A DNA stretch of 64,000 nt from Actinomycetes bacterium (GCA_021798985.1 JAJZBI010000021.1:8573-72572); one strand, 5' to 3'. Numbered from the stretch's first letter, positions 46,868 through 56,661 are shown. Notes: a model not told the origin generated them from the sequence alone. Translations and numbers: made by a program.

Positions 46868-48121
46868 GTGAAGCCGGAAGAGATCGCCAAGCTCGTCCAC
46901 GTCGGGCGTCCCGACGCCCCCTATGGCGCCCGGCGGCTCGCCCGCTGCTACGACATCGCCGATCTCGCCCGCGTGGCGCGCCGTCGCCTGCCCTCGGGCG
47001 CCGCCGGCTACCTCGACGGTGGCGGGGAGGGGGAGTGGTCGCTTCGGCGCAACCGGCTCGCCTTCGGTGAGCTCGAGCTGATCCCCCGGGCGCTGCGCGA
47101 CGTGAGCGAGGTCGACACGACGACGACGGTGCTCGGCTGCAACCTGCCCGCCCCGATCATCTGCTCGCCCGTTGGCGGACCGCGGATGTTCCACCATGAG
47201 GGGGAGCTGGCGGTCGCCCGGGCCGTTGCGCACGCGAAGATCGCCTACGGCGTCTCGACGCTTGCGACCCAGCCGCTCGAGGCGGTCGCCGAGGCGGCCG
47301 GGGACGCGCCGGTCTGGTTCCAGCTCTATTTGTGGGGCGATCGCTCGGACGCGAGAGCGCTCGTGCGGCGCGCCAAGCGTGCGGGCTATCGCGCCTTGCT
47401 GTTGAGCATCGACTGCGCGGTGCGCAGCGAGCGCGACCGGGAGCTGCACCGCGGGATCGCGTTGCCCACCCCCCAGCTCGACCTGAAGACGCTGCTCGAC
47501 GGCGCCATCCATCCCGATTGGTCCTGGCACTTCCTCACCAGCCCGGCGCTCGGATTCCCGAACCTGTCGATGAGCGGGCCGAGTTCGCGCGACAAGCTCG
47601 AGCAGATGTTCGACGGCACGCTCACCTGGGAGGACCTCGAGTGGATCCGAGAGGAGTGGGACGGCCCGATCGCGTTGAAGGGGGTGCTGCGTGTCGATGA
47701 GGCCCGTGAGGCGGTCGCGCGCGGCCTCGACGCCGTGATCGTCTCCAACCACGGCGGGCGCCAGCTGGACCGCGTGCCGGCCACCTTGGAGGTCCTCCCC
47801 GAGATCGTCGAGGCCGTCGGGGATGACATCGAGGTGCTCTTTGACTCCGGGGTGCGCCGGGGCAGCGACATCGTCACCGCGCTGTGCCTCGGCGCGAAGG
47901 CGGTGCTCGTGGGCCGCGCCCACCTCTACGGCCTCGCCGCGGCGGGCGAGGCGGGGGTGCGCCACGCCATCGACATCTTGGAGCGCGAGCTCAAGATGGC
48001 GATGGCGCTGTGCGGGGCGCGCGCCTTGGGCGACCTCGACCGCTCGCTGCTGCGCCCCGCGGCTCCGCCCGATCTCGACCCCACCCACGCCAGGGCCGTG
48101 CAGGCGGCGATCTCCAGTTAG
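46868..48121 (+). CDS. lldD: FMN-dependent alpha-hydroxy-acid dehydrogenase (L-lactate dehydrogenase-like)
   Basis: WFQLY, LKG, SNHGGRQLD, DSGVRRG, GRAHLYGL. Confidence 0.85.
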   Translation: MKPEEIAKLVHVGRPDAPYGARRLARCYDIADLARVARRRLPSGAAGYLDGGGEGEWSLRRNRLAFGELELIPRALRDVSEVDTTTTVLGCNLPAPIICSPVGGPRMFHHEGELAVARAVAHAKIAYGVSTLATQPLEAVAEAAGDAPVWFQLYLWGDRSDARALVRRAKRAGYRALLLSIDCAVRSERDRELHRGIALPTPQLDLKTLLDGAIHPDWSWHFLTSPALGFPNLSMSGPSSRDKLEQMFDGTLTWEDLEWIREEWDGPIALKGVLRVDEAREAVARGLDAVIVSNHGGRQLDRVPATLEVLPEIVEAVGDDIEVLFDSGVRRGSDIVTALCLGAKAVLVGRAHLYGLAAAGEAGVRHAIDILERELKMAMALCGARALGDLDRSLLRPAAPPDLDPTHARAVQAAISS

Positions 48122-48906
48122 GGCGAGCGATCGGTGCCGGCGATGTCGTCGGCGAGCCCCGGCCGGCCCGCGAGCAAGCCACCGTCAACCGCCAAGACGG
48201 CGCCGGTGATCCATCTCGCCTCGTCGGAGCACAAAAAGGCGGCCGCTGCGGCGATGTCCTCGGGGGTCCCGACGCGCCCGAGCGGATAGATCCCCGAGAG
48301 CTGCTCGAACAGGTCGGGCTGGCGCGCAAGGCGAGCGTCCCAGGCGGGCGTGGCGACGGTGCCGGGCGCGATCAGGTTGCAGCGGATGCCGGTGGGGCCA
48401 TAGCGCACGGCGATCGCTTGGGTGAGGCTGACGAGCCCGCCCTTGGCGGCCGAATAGGCCTCATTGCCGAGGAACTGGAAGGCGTTCACCGAGCCGATGT
48501 TGCAGATCACGCCCGATCGCCGCGGGGCCATCGTGGCGAGTGCCGCCTTGGCGCAGCGGAACGGGCCGCCCAAGGTCACCTCGAGGTCGCGGGCCCATTG
48601 CTCCTCGCTGAGCTCGGCGAGCGTGGCGTCGGTGCACGAGGCGGCGTTGTTGACGAGCACATCCAGCGGACCGAGGCGCCGCTCGAGGGCCGCGAGGCCC
48701 GCCGCCACGCTGTTGGGGTCGGCGACATCGAGGCGGATCCCGACGCAGCGGCTCGGGAGGCCCGCGGCCAGCGCCTCGGCGGCCTCGAGGTCGAGGTCGC
48801 CGATCGCGACCGCGGCGCCCTCACTCGACAGCCGGGCCGCGATCGCGGCACCGATCCCCGAGGCCCCGCCCGTCACGAGCACCACCTTTCGCGAAAAGCG
48901 GCTCAT
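48118..48906 (-). CDS. Short-chain dehydrogenase/reductase
   Basis: TGGASGIG, NNA, YSAAK. Confidence 0.93.
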   Translation of the reverse strand: MSRFSRKVVLVTGGASGIGAAIAARLSSEGAAVAIGDLDLEAAEALAAGLPSRCVGIRLDVADPNSVAAGLAALERRLGPLDVLVNNAASCTDATLAELSEEQWARDLEVTLGGPFRCAKAALATMAPRRSGVICNIGSVNAFQFLGNEAYSAAKGGLVSLTQAIAVRYGPTGIRCNLIAPGTVATPAWDARLARQPDLFEQLSGIYPLGRVGTPEDIAAAAAFLCSDEARWITGAVLAVDGGLLAGRPGLADDIAGTDRSP

Positions 48907-50246
48907 CGACCGCCTCGCTCATAGCGCGGCGGGGTGCCGATCGCCAGGCGCGCGAAGTCCTCGGCCGCCTGCAGCGCCTCCGCCCAGGGGCGGCGCAGCT
49001 CGCTTGGGGGTCGGGCAACCAGGCGGCGCTGGGCGGCGGTTGCCTCGATCCACGGCGGCAGCGGCTCGGGGGGGAGCGGCTCCAAGACGACACCGCTCGC
49101 GATCGTCGCCACGTTGACAAGCAGCTGATCGACCCGGCGCGGCACGAGGTAGGTGTCGAAGAGGTCGACTTCGACCCGCTCGAGGCGAAAGATCGCGACA
49201 TCCGCGCGGCGACCCAGCGCGAGCGCCCCCCACTGATCGGCCCGCTTCGCAACGCGCGCCGGGGTTAGCGTCATCGCGGCGATGACTTGCTCGAGCGGCA
49301 TCCCGAGCGCGAGCAGCTTGCTCGCGCACGTCGGCAGGTCGAAGGCGGGACCGAGCACCGAGCGCAGGTGGAGGTCGGAGGAGATGACGTCGGGCCACTC
49401 GCCCCGTGCCGCCATCTGTTCGGCGACGGCGTAGCTGAACGCCCCGCTGCCGTGGCCGAGGTCCAACAGCACGCCCCGTTCGCGCGCCGATGCTGCCGCA
49501 GGACGGAGCGCCCCGTGCTCGTCCAGCAGCGCCATCGACTGGCCGGTGCAGGCATGGGTGACGAGGTCGCCCGGTGAGAGCAACCCGAGCACCTCGTCGA
49601 TCTCGGGCGGCCCGCCGCCGATGTGGACCATCACCGGAACGCCAGCGGCTTGCGCAACCGAGCGGGCCTGGCGCAGCGGCTCGAGCCCAGCGGGTCCGAC
49701 GGCGTGGTGGTCGAGGCGGCTCTTCACCCCGACGAGCACGCCGGGGTGCGCGGCCAGCACCTCGGCGCACAGCGCCGCGTCGCAGTCGGACGCGGATCTC
49801 GCCTCGCCGGTCTCGGTGACGAGCCCCCGGCTCGAGATGTTGAGGAAGGCGGCGAGGCCAAGCGGGCTGGTGGCGATCTGGTCGAGGAGGGCACCGGCGT
49901 TGTAGGCACCGGCCGAGCCGGCATCGACGAAGCAGGTGACCCCGCTCCGCCACGCGACTGGCTCGGGGCGCAGGCTCCAAAAGCCCCCGCCGGCATAGAC
50001 GTGGGTATGCAGGTCGACGAGCCCGGGGGTCACGAGACAGCCCCGCGCGTCGATCACCGCCGCCCCGTTGGGCTCGATCCGAGGAGCGATGGCGGCGATG
50101 CGGCCGTCGGCGATGGCGACGTCGTATGGCCCACGCCGTCCGCTCGCCGGATCGATCACCTCCCCGCCGCTGACCACGAGGTCGAAGCCCGGGGGCCCCT
50201 CGCTGTTCGGGGCGGGCGAGACCAGGGACTTTGGGGGAGCGCTCAA
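48903..50246 (-). CDS. Amidohydrolase/deacetylase-family metallohydrolase (EF_0837/PRK09237-like)
   Basis: PGLVDLHTH, GVTCFVDAGSAG, GVK, MVHIG, GDLVTH, DLGHG, ISSD. Confidence 0.85.
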   Translation of the reverse strand: MSAPPKSLVSPAPNSEGPPGFDLVVSGGEVIDPASGRRGPYDVAIADGRIAAIAPRIEPNGAAVIDARGCLVTPGLVDLHTHVYAGGGFWSLRPEPVAWRSGVTCFVDAGSAGAYNAGALLDQIATSPLGLAAFLNISSRGLVTETGEARSASDCDAALCAEVLAAHPGVLVGVKSRLDHHAVGPAGLEPLRQARSVAQAAGVPVMVHIGGGPPEIDEVLGLLSPGDLVTHACTGQSMALLDEHGALRPAAASARERGVLLDLGHGSGAFSYAVAEQMAARGEWPDVISSDLHLRSVLGPAFDLPTCASKLLALGMPLEQVIAAMTLTPARVAKRADQWGALALGRRADVAIFRLERVEVDLFDTYLVPRRVDQLLVNVATIASGVVLEPLPPEPLPPWIEATAAQRRLVARPPSELRRPWAEALQAAEDFARLAIGTPPRYERGGR

Positions 50247-51499
50247 TGGAAGAAGGTCTCGATCTCGTCGATCACGACGTCGTCCTCGTCGACGAGCAGC
50301 ACCTTCCGCCAGCGGTCGAAGGCCGTGCAGGGATGCGACAGCCCGAACGCCAGCCGGTCGCCCACCATGAGTGGCGGCGCGCCGGGGTCCAAGACGAGGT
50401 AGCCGTGCTGGTCATCGAGCGCGCGCAGGTGCGCGGCGCTGTAGGGCTCGCGCTCGGTGCCCTCGGCGGCGACGCGGGCGAGCGGGATCGGAAGGCCGAG
50501 GTCGAAGGAGGTGTCGCGCTTTCCGAGCCCGACGATCGCGAGGTCCGGCTCAGGGCGCGAGAGCACCTCGGCCCACAGCTCGAGGGCCGGCCAGAGCTCG
50601 TCGGGACCACCGGTGCCGGCGAGCGGCGAGTTGGTGGCGTACACCCCGTGGTCATGGGTGAGGTAGCAGCCCGAGCGCACGACGAGGCGGACCTCGTGGC
50701 CGGCATAGTCGGCGCCGGGACCGAGCTTGTCGGCGACGCGGTCGAAGTACTTGCTTCCACCTGCCGAGACGAGAATCGGCCCGTTTTGCGCGAACAGGCC
50801 TGCCTCAGCCAGGCGCACGGCGAGCGAACGGAGCGCGTCGAGGAAGGCGTCGACGGCGTCGAGCGAGCCGGGCGAGCGATCAGAGGCCAGGGCGCCCTCG
50901 AAGCCCTCCACTCCGACGAGCTCGAGATGCTCGCTCGCGTTCACCGCGTCAGCGGCAGCGACGGCGGCCTCCGCCGTTCGCGCTCCGGCGCGGCGCCCGT
51001 TGGCGCCGAGCTCGACGAGAACGCCGAGTCGGCCGGTGAAGCCGGCCTCCGCAAGGCCGGCGTCGAGGCGTGCCGTGCCCGCTGGAGAATCCACCAGGCA
51101 GTTCAGGGTGCGGCCCGGGGCGCGGAGCGCGGCGATCGTTGCCGCGTCCGGACGAGCGACGACCTCGTTGGCGATGAGGACGAAGGTCGCTCCGGCGTCG
51201 AAGGCAACCTGAGCCTGGGCGACGTTCGCCACGGTGATGCCGATCGCGCCGGCGGCGAGCTGGCGGCGGAACAACACGGGCGCCATCGTTGTCTTGCCGT
51301 GCGGAGCGAGGAGGAAGCCGCGCTCGGCGGCATAGGCTCGCATTACCGCGAGGTTGTGTTCGAGCGCGCGCTGACGCAGCGCCATGGCGGGCAGCGCGCA
51401 CTCGCCTGAGCTCACCGTCGATCCGATAGCGCCGATGCGCGCCGCGGACGACGCTATTGCGCGGCGCTCACGGACGGCGCGATCTCCGCTCAAGTCCAT
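50243..51499 (-). CDS. PLP fold-type III enzyme, D-serine dehydratase (DSD1)/D-threonine aldolase-like
   Basis: ALEHN, APHGKTTMAP (PLP Lys), GVEGFEG, SAGGS, RSGCY, GKRD, DQH, SHPCT. Confidence 0.88.
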   Translation of the reverse strand: MDLSGDRAVRERRAIASSAARIGAIGSTVSSGECALPAMALRQRALEHNLAVMRAYAAERGFLLAPHGKTTMAPVLFRRQLAAGAIGITVANVAQAQVAFDAGATFVLIANEVVARPDAATIAALRAPGRTLNCLVDSPAGTARLDAGLAEAGFTGRLGVLVELGANGRRAGARTAEAAVAAADAVNASEHLELVGVEGFEGALASDRSPGSLDAVDAFLDALRSLAVRLAEAGLFAQNGPILVSAGGSKYFDRVADKLGPGADYAGHEVRLVVRSGCYLTHDHGVYATNSPLAGTGGPDELWPALELWAEVLSRPEPDLAIVGLGKRDTSFDLGLPIPLARVAAEGTEREPYSAAHLRALDDQHGYLVLDPGAPPLMVGDRLAFGLSHPCTAFDRWRKVLLVDEDDVVIDEIETFFH

Positions 51500-51802
51500 G
51501 GTGTCCTGGCTCGCTCGACCCGTGGTGAGATCCCGACCTCGGGGAGTCCACCCAGCGCGCAGCCCAACATCACCGCTCGGAATCGCGAGGCGAGCAGGGA
51601 CATGGCACGGCGTGCTCACGCTGCACGTGATCAGGTGCGTGCGGTCCTGGCCACTGCGGCGCCAGGGCGCGCACGCGCGCAGGCTCGTTACCGGCACACG
51701 TCTGCACGACTGACGCGCGGATCGATGCTCGTCCTTGGTGGTGGCCGCGAGGGGGGCGGTGGCTCGCCGCAGGCGAGGGGACGAAGGCGGAGGCGTCGAC
51801 GA

Positions 51803-53137
51803 TCAAGGCCGCACCGCCACGGCGAGCAGCGCCTGGAGCTTCAGCTGGGTCTCGGCGAGCTCAGCTAACGGATCGGAGCCCGCGACGATGCCGACGCCCG
51901 CCATCAGGCGCGCCCGGTTGCCGTCGATCTCGGCGGAGCGGATGCCGATCCAGAACTCTCCATCCCCATTCGATTGGAGGTAGCCGACCGGTCCGGCATA
52001 TCGCTGACGCTCGAGCCCTTCGTGCTTCGCGAGGTACTCGAGCGCCCGGGCCTTGGGTGAACCACCGACGGCCGGAGTGGGATGCAGGGCGCAGGCGAGC
52101 TCCAGCGCGCTCGGGGGAGAGGCGCTCGAGGTCGAGCCGGTGATCGGGGTCGCGAGATGCGCGACGTTGCGCAGCTCGAGCAGCTCAGGAACTTCTGGCA
52201 CGCTGACATCGAAGTCATGACGCGCCAATTCCGCGGTGATCGCCTCGACCACGAGGCCGTGCTCGCGTCGCTCCTTGGGTGAGGAGAAGAGAGCGTCGGC
52301 ACGCTGGCGATCCGCCTCCGGGTCGCCGCTTCGCGCCACGGTGCCCGCGAGCGGCTCGGAGAAGACATGTCCTCCGGTTCGCCGGCAGAGGAGTTCTGGG
52401 CTCGCGCCGAGGAAGCCGTCGAGCGCGAAGGCGAGACAGCTCGGATGCAGCGCTCGGAGCCGGGCGATTAGATCGGCCTGCTGGAAGGGTCGATTGGCGG
52501 TGACAGTGACCTCGCGGGCGAGGACCACCTTGTCGAGCTCACCGTCGGTCACCGCCGCCACGGCGTCGGCCACGAGCGCTCGGAACTCGGCGTGGCTCTT
52601 TGCGGAGGCCAGCGCGAAGCGGTCGGGAAGGTCGGCGTCAGGCTCGGCGACCGATCCTTCAAGAAGGGCGGTGTCGAGGCGTTCGTGAGCGTGACCCGCC
52701 GCGGTGGCGACCAGTGCCGTTGCTGCGTCGTCCTCGACGATCGCGAGAACCTCGGGAATCACCAGCGTGCCTGCCGCCTCGGGGTCAAAGGGCAAGGCAG
52801 TCAGGGCATATGCACGCCCGGCGCCGCCGAGCGTGGACAGCAGCGCTGCGGCAGTTGCCGCCGCATGGGCGGTTCTTGTCCCGAACGGCAGGATGAGGCG
52901 CGCCGCGGTGCCGAGCCCGAGGAGCGCCAGGTGCTCGCGTTCGAGCACACGTCCGGAACGGCGCGCGGCGGTCCGCAGGAGCTCGACCTCGCCTGGCCCA
53001 AGTGGGAACTCCGTGAGCTCGAGCGTGGTCGAATCGAGGGGTCGGCCGGCAGCGTCGCAGAGCAGTGCCGGCGTGTCGGTGGAGTTCCAGATGGACGGCG
53101 CGGATTCGGACTGCATGGGCTCCAGCGATCTCGACAA
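51803..53137 (-). CDS. menF: Isochorismate synthase
   Basis: KVVLAR, GASPELL, LAGT, KERREH, LHPTPAVGG, YAGPVG, GVGIV, ETQLK. Confidence 0.88.
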   Translation of the reverse strand: MSRSLEPMQSESAPSIWNSTDTPALLCDAAGRPLDSTTLELTEFPLGPGEVELLRTAARRSGRVLEREHLALLGLGTAARLILPFGTRTAHAAATAAALLSTLGGAGRAYALTALPFDPEAAGTLVIPEVLAIVEDDAATALVATAAGHAHERLDTALLEGSVAEPDADLPDRFALASAKSHAEFRALVADAVAAVTDGELDKVVLAREVTVTANRPFQQADLIARLRALHPSCLAFALDGFLGASPELLCRRTGGHVFSEPLAGTVARSGDPEADRQRADALFSSPKERREHGLVVEAITAELARHDFDVSVPEVPELLELRNVAHLATPITGSTSSASPPSALELACALHPTPAVGGSPKARALEYLAKHEGLERQRYAGPVGYLQSNGDGEFWIGIRSAEIDGNRARLMAGVGIVAGSDPLAELAETQLKLQALLAVAVRP

Positions 53138-53152
53138 GGGTGCGTCCCGGAG

Positions 53153-53932
53153 CTAGTTGGGTGCCGGAGCGCCGATCCCCATCATGGGCCGACGGCAGGT
53201 CGCCGTGACAATTTGGACGATGCCCCCCGACAATTGCCGGCGCTCGACCTGCTCAAAGCCCGCCTCGTGGAGCATCGAGCGCAGCTCCTTGATGGAGGGG
53301 AGGTAGGCGACCGAACGGGGGAGGTAGCGATACGCCGCGGCGTCAGAAAGCGCCGCGCCGATCCTTGGCACGACGTGCTCGAACCAGATCTTGTGCCCGA
53401 GCTGCAACAGCGGCGAGGAGGGCGTGTCGACCTCGAGGAGCGAGATCCTCCCGCCGCGCCGCAGCACTCGGGCGGCCTCGGTGAGCACGGCGCCAAGGTC
53501 GGTGAAGTTGCGCACCGCAAAGCCCGAGACCAGGCCGTCGATCGACCCCTCGGCGAAGGGCAGGTGCAGGCCGTCGGCCTGCACGAGCACGCCGCGGCCG
53601 CGATGGGCCGAGGAGAGCATTCCGAACGAGAGGTCGGCGCCGAGCGCCCGGTACTCCGAGCCTTGCAGCATGGCAACGAGATCTGCCGTGCCACAGCCGA
53701 GGTCGAGGACCGTCGAGCCCGGCGCGAGTTCCAGCATCCCGATCGCCTGGCGGCGCCAGCCCTGGTCCATGCCAAGGGTCATCACCCGGTTGCACAGGTC
53801 ATAGCGCGGGGCGATGGCGTCGAACATCGCGCGGACCATCTGGGTCTTGGTGATGCCGGTCGGCAGCGCCTCGTCGGCAAGGTCCCTGGTCGTGGAGGCG
53901 CGAGTCGGTACGGGTGCGGCCGGGTCCTCCAT
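53153..53932 (-). CDS. menG: Demethylmenaquinone methyltransferase
   Basis: MFDAIAPRYD, LDLGCGT, FAVRN, AYRYLPRS. Confidence 0.9.
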   Translation of the reverse strand: MEDPAAPVPTRASTTRDLADEALPTGITKTQMVRAMFDAIAPRYDLCNRVMTLGMDQGWRRQAIGMLELAPGSTVLDLGCGTADLVAMLQGSEYRALGADLSFGMLSSAHRGRGVLVQADGLHLPFAEGSIDGLVSGFAVRNFTDLGAVLTEAARVLRRGGRISLLEVDTPSSPLLQLGHKIWFEHVVPRIGAALSDAAAYRYLPRSVAYLPSIKELRSMLHEAGFEQVERRQLSGGIVQIVTATCRRPMMGIGAPAPN

Positions 53933-53936
53933 CGCG

Positions 53937-54362
53937 TCAGCGGCGGAAGTAGGAGCGGACGTAGCTGCGGCTCATCGGGTGCACGAGCAAGACGACGAGC
54001 GCGATCTCGAAGATCAGGCTGAAGATCCCGCCGGCAAAGATGCTGCCGGCGAAGACGATGAGCAGGACGAAGGGCAAGAAGGCGGCGATCAGCGCGAGGA
54101 CATAGCCCCACTTGCGCTCGTTCGCGAGGCCATAGCCCGCGGCGATCTCGCCGATCACGAACAACAAGCCGAGCGAGATGACGGCCACGCCGCCGGCGAA
54201 GATGTAGGCGAGCAGGCCGAGGGCGGCGTTCCAGTACAGCAGCCAGGTCGCGATCTGCAGCGTCTGGGGCAACGAGCGGGGGAGGAAGCTCCGTGCCGAG
54301 AACGAGCGGCGGGGAGGTCCGCCTCCCCAGGGGCTTCGACCGTACCCACCGCCATAGCGCAT
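53937..54362 (-). CDS. Hypothetical membrane protein (about 4 TM) with Gly-rich N-terminus
   Basis: Four hydrophobic segments; ends 5 bp before the menG start. Confidence 0.75.
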   Translation of the reverse strand: MRYGGGYGRSPWGGGPPRRSFSARSFLPRSLPQTLQIATWLLYWNAALGLLAYIFAGGVAVISLGLLFVIGEIAAGYGLANERKWGYVLALIAAFLPFVLLIVFAGSIFAGGIFSLIFEIALVVLLVHPMSRSYVRSYFRR

Positions 54363-54466
54363 GGCTCCATTGTGCCAGGCTGGCTGGCCGGCCGGGACGC
54401 GGTCGTGCTGGTCACCTCGCTGCGGCAGGCAGCAGGCCACCGGGCGCATTGGCTAGCTTCGGCGCC

Positions 54467-55432
54467 GTGGATCCCCACGCGCTCGCCGGACGACTGCGTG
54501 CCGCGGTGGCGAGCGCCGTGGTCGGCAACGACGCGGCCCTCGAGCTGTTGCTGGTGGCGCTGTGCTGTGGCGGCCACGCCCTGTTAGAGGACGTGCCCGG
54601 CGTGGGCAAGACCCTGCTCGCCCGCTCGCTGGCCGGCGCGCTCGGCTGCTCGTTCCGCCGGGTGCAGCTGACCCCCGACGTGCTGCCGTCCGACGTTACC
54701 GGGTCGAACGTCTACAACCAAAAGACCGGCGAGTTCGAGTTCCGCCCCGGTCCGATCTTCACCGAGATCCTGCTCGCCGATGAGATCAACCGGGCGACCC
54801 CGCGCACCCAGAGCGCGCTCTTGGAGGCGATGGAGGAGCACCAGGTCACCGTGGACGGCGACACCCGGGCACTGTCGTCGCCCTTTTTCGTGCTCGCCAC
54901 CCAGAACCCGGTCGAGCTCGAGGGCACCTTCCCGTTGCCTGAGGCCCAGCTCGACCGTTTCTGTGTCCGCGTGCGCCTCGGCTATCCGACCCGCGAGCAG
55001 GAGGCGGCGGTCCTCGAGCGCTACGAGGCGACCGACCGGGTCGTGCCCGAGGCGGTGACCGAGCCCGCCGAGCTCGCCGCCTGGCAGGCGGCGCGCGCCG
55101 GCGTGCACGTGGCCCCGGCGGTGCGCGGCTACGTGCTCGACCTCGTGGCCGCCACCCGGGCCGATCCGCGCCTCGAGCTCGGTGCGAGCCCACGGGCCGC
55201 GCTGATGCTGCACCGCGCCGCGCAGGCCCGGGCGCTGTTGGCGGGCCGCAGCTTCGTGCTTCCCGACGACGTCAAGGCCCTGGCGATCCCCGTGCTCGCC
55301 CACCGGCTGATCGTCTCGCCGGCGACGCGGCTGTCCGGCGAGGACGCCGAGTCGGTCCTCGCCGGCCTGCTCGGCGAGGTCGCGGTCCCCGTCGAGGCGC
55401 TCGAGGAGGCGACGTCGCCCCCCGTGTCGTGA
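54467..55432 (+). CDS. MoxR-family AAA+ ATPase
   Basis: EDVPGVGKT, LADEINRATPRTQSALLE, ATQNP, LPEAQLDRF. Confidence 0.95.
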   Translation: MDPHALAGRLRAAVASAVVGNDAALELLLVALCCGGHALLEDVPGVGKTLLARSLAGALGCSFRRVQLTPDVLPSDVTGSNVYNQKTGEFEFRPGPIFTEILLADEINRATPRTQSALLEAMEEHQVTVDGDTRALSSPFFVLATQNPVELEGTFPLPEAQLDRFCVRVRLGYPTREQEAAVLERYEATDRVVPEAVTEPAELAAWQAARAGVHVAPAVRGYVLDLVAATRADPRLELGASPRAALMLHRAAQARALLAGRSFVLPDDVKALAIPVLAHRLIVSPATRLSGEDAESVLAGLLGEVAVPVEALEEATSPPVS

Positions 55433-56661
55433 GCCGGCTGCGGGCGCTCGGGCGACGCTTCGTGCTCGCCGAGTGCTTCGCGGGCCTCGCGGGGTTGGCT
55501 TGGGCGCTCAGCTCGGACACGCTCGCGCTCTGCGGCTTCATCGGCGCCCTCGTGACCTTGGCGCTCCAGGCCTGGCAGCACTTCGCGTTGTCCGGCCTGT
55601 CCTACACGCGCACGCTGTCGGCGAGCCGCGTCCACTTTGGCGAGCCGGTCGAGCTCGAGATCGAGATCGTGAACGACAAGGCGCTGCCGCTCGCCTTCGT
55701 CGAGATCGACGACACCTTGCCCCGCCACGTGGCGATCGACGGGGCGGCGATCACCCAGCACTTCGGCTCGCCGCCGCGCCTCGTCCAGGTGCTCGGCCTG
55801 CTTCCCTACCAGCGGGTCCGGCGACGCCTCATCCTCACCTGCGCGCGCCGGGGCGAGCACCGTCTCGGCCCGGCGACCTTGACGAGCGGCGACCCGCTCG
55901 GGGTGCGCCTCCGCCACACCACCGTGCCGGCGAGCGAGCGCCTGCTCGTCTACCCCAAGTGCTTCGCCCTGGCGCCGTCGGGCATCGCTTCGCGGGTGCT
56001 TGTCGGGGATCACAAGAGCGCCAACCTCCTCGCGCCGGACCCGATCCGGGTGGCGGGTGTGCGGCCCTGGCAGCCCGGCGACCCGTTGCGCCAGGTCAAC
56101 TGGCGGGCGACGGCGCGCACCGGGGCGCTCGTCGTGCGCCGCTTCGAGCCGAGCGCTCAGGTGAAGGTGGCCATCTTCTTGGACGTCTTCTTGTCGGGCG
56201 TGAGCGCGTTCGCGCCCGAGTCCGACGAGCTCGAGCTGCTCATCGCACTCTGCGCGTCCCTCGTCGGCGAGCTCGACGCGACCGGCATCCCGGTCGGCTG
56301 CTACAGCACCGGCAGCGCCGGCGGCCGTCCACTCGCTCTCGCGCCCCGGCGCTTTGGCGCTGCCGAGGTCCTCGAGGGCCTCGCCCGGCTCGTTCCGCTC
56401 TACTCCCTCAGCTTCGAGGCGCTGCTCGCCCAGGCGAGCGCCCGCCTCTCGCCGGCCACGAGCCTCGTGGTGCTCACGACTGAGCTCAGCGCCCCGGCGC
56501 TCGGCGAGATCGCCGCGCTGCGCCGGCGCTTTTCGGTGAGCGCCGTGCAGCTGGTGCTGCCCGATCACCCGCGGCTTTTTGCAGGCGGCTTCGACGCATT
56601 GTTGTCGACCCCCTATCTCGAGGACTGGCGTGAACGTGAGGCGCTCGAACTGGCGCGCTAG
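55429..56661 (+). CDS. DUF58 domain protein
   Basis: RRGEH, LVYP, RPWQPGDPLRQVNWRATAR. Confidence 0.9.
   Translation: MSRLRALGRRFVLAECFAGLAGLAWALSSDTLALCGFIGALVTLALQAWQHFALSGLSYTRTLSASRVHFGEPVELEIEIVNDKALPLAFVEIDDTLPRHVAIDGAAITQHFGSPPRLVQVLGLLPYQRVRRRLILTCARRGEHRLGPATLTSGDPLGVRLRHTTVPASERLLVYPKCFALAPSGIASRVLVGDHKSANLLAPDPIRVAGVRPWQPGDPLRQVNWRATARTGALVVRRFEPSAQVKVAIFLDVFLSGVSAFAPESDELELLIALCASLVGELDATGIPVGCYSTGSAGGRPLALAPRRFGAAEVLEGLARLVPLYSLSFEALLAQASARLSPATSLVVLTTELSAPALGEIAALRRRFSVSAVQLVLPDHPRLFAGGFDALLSTPYLEDWREREALELAR

Noticed and set aside
51500-51802. 300-bp gap upstream of the PLP enzyme operon as a riboswitch
   Set aside because: No known riboswitch consensus seen; only short GC stems
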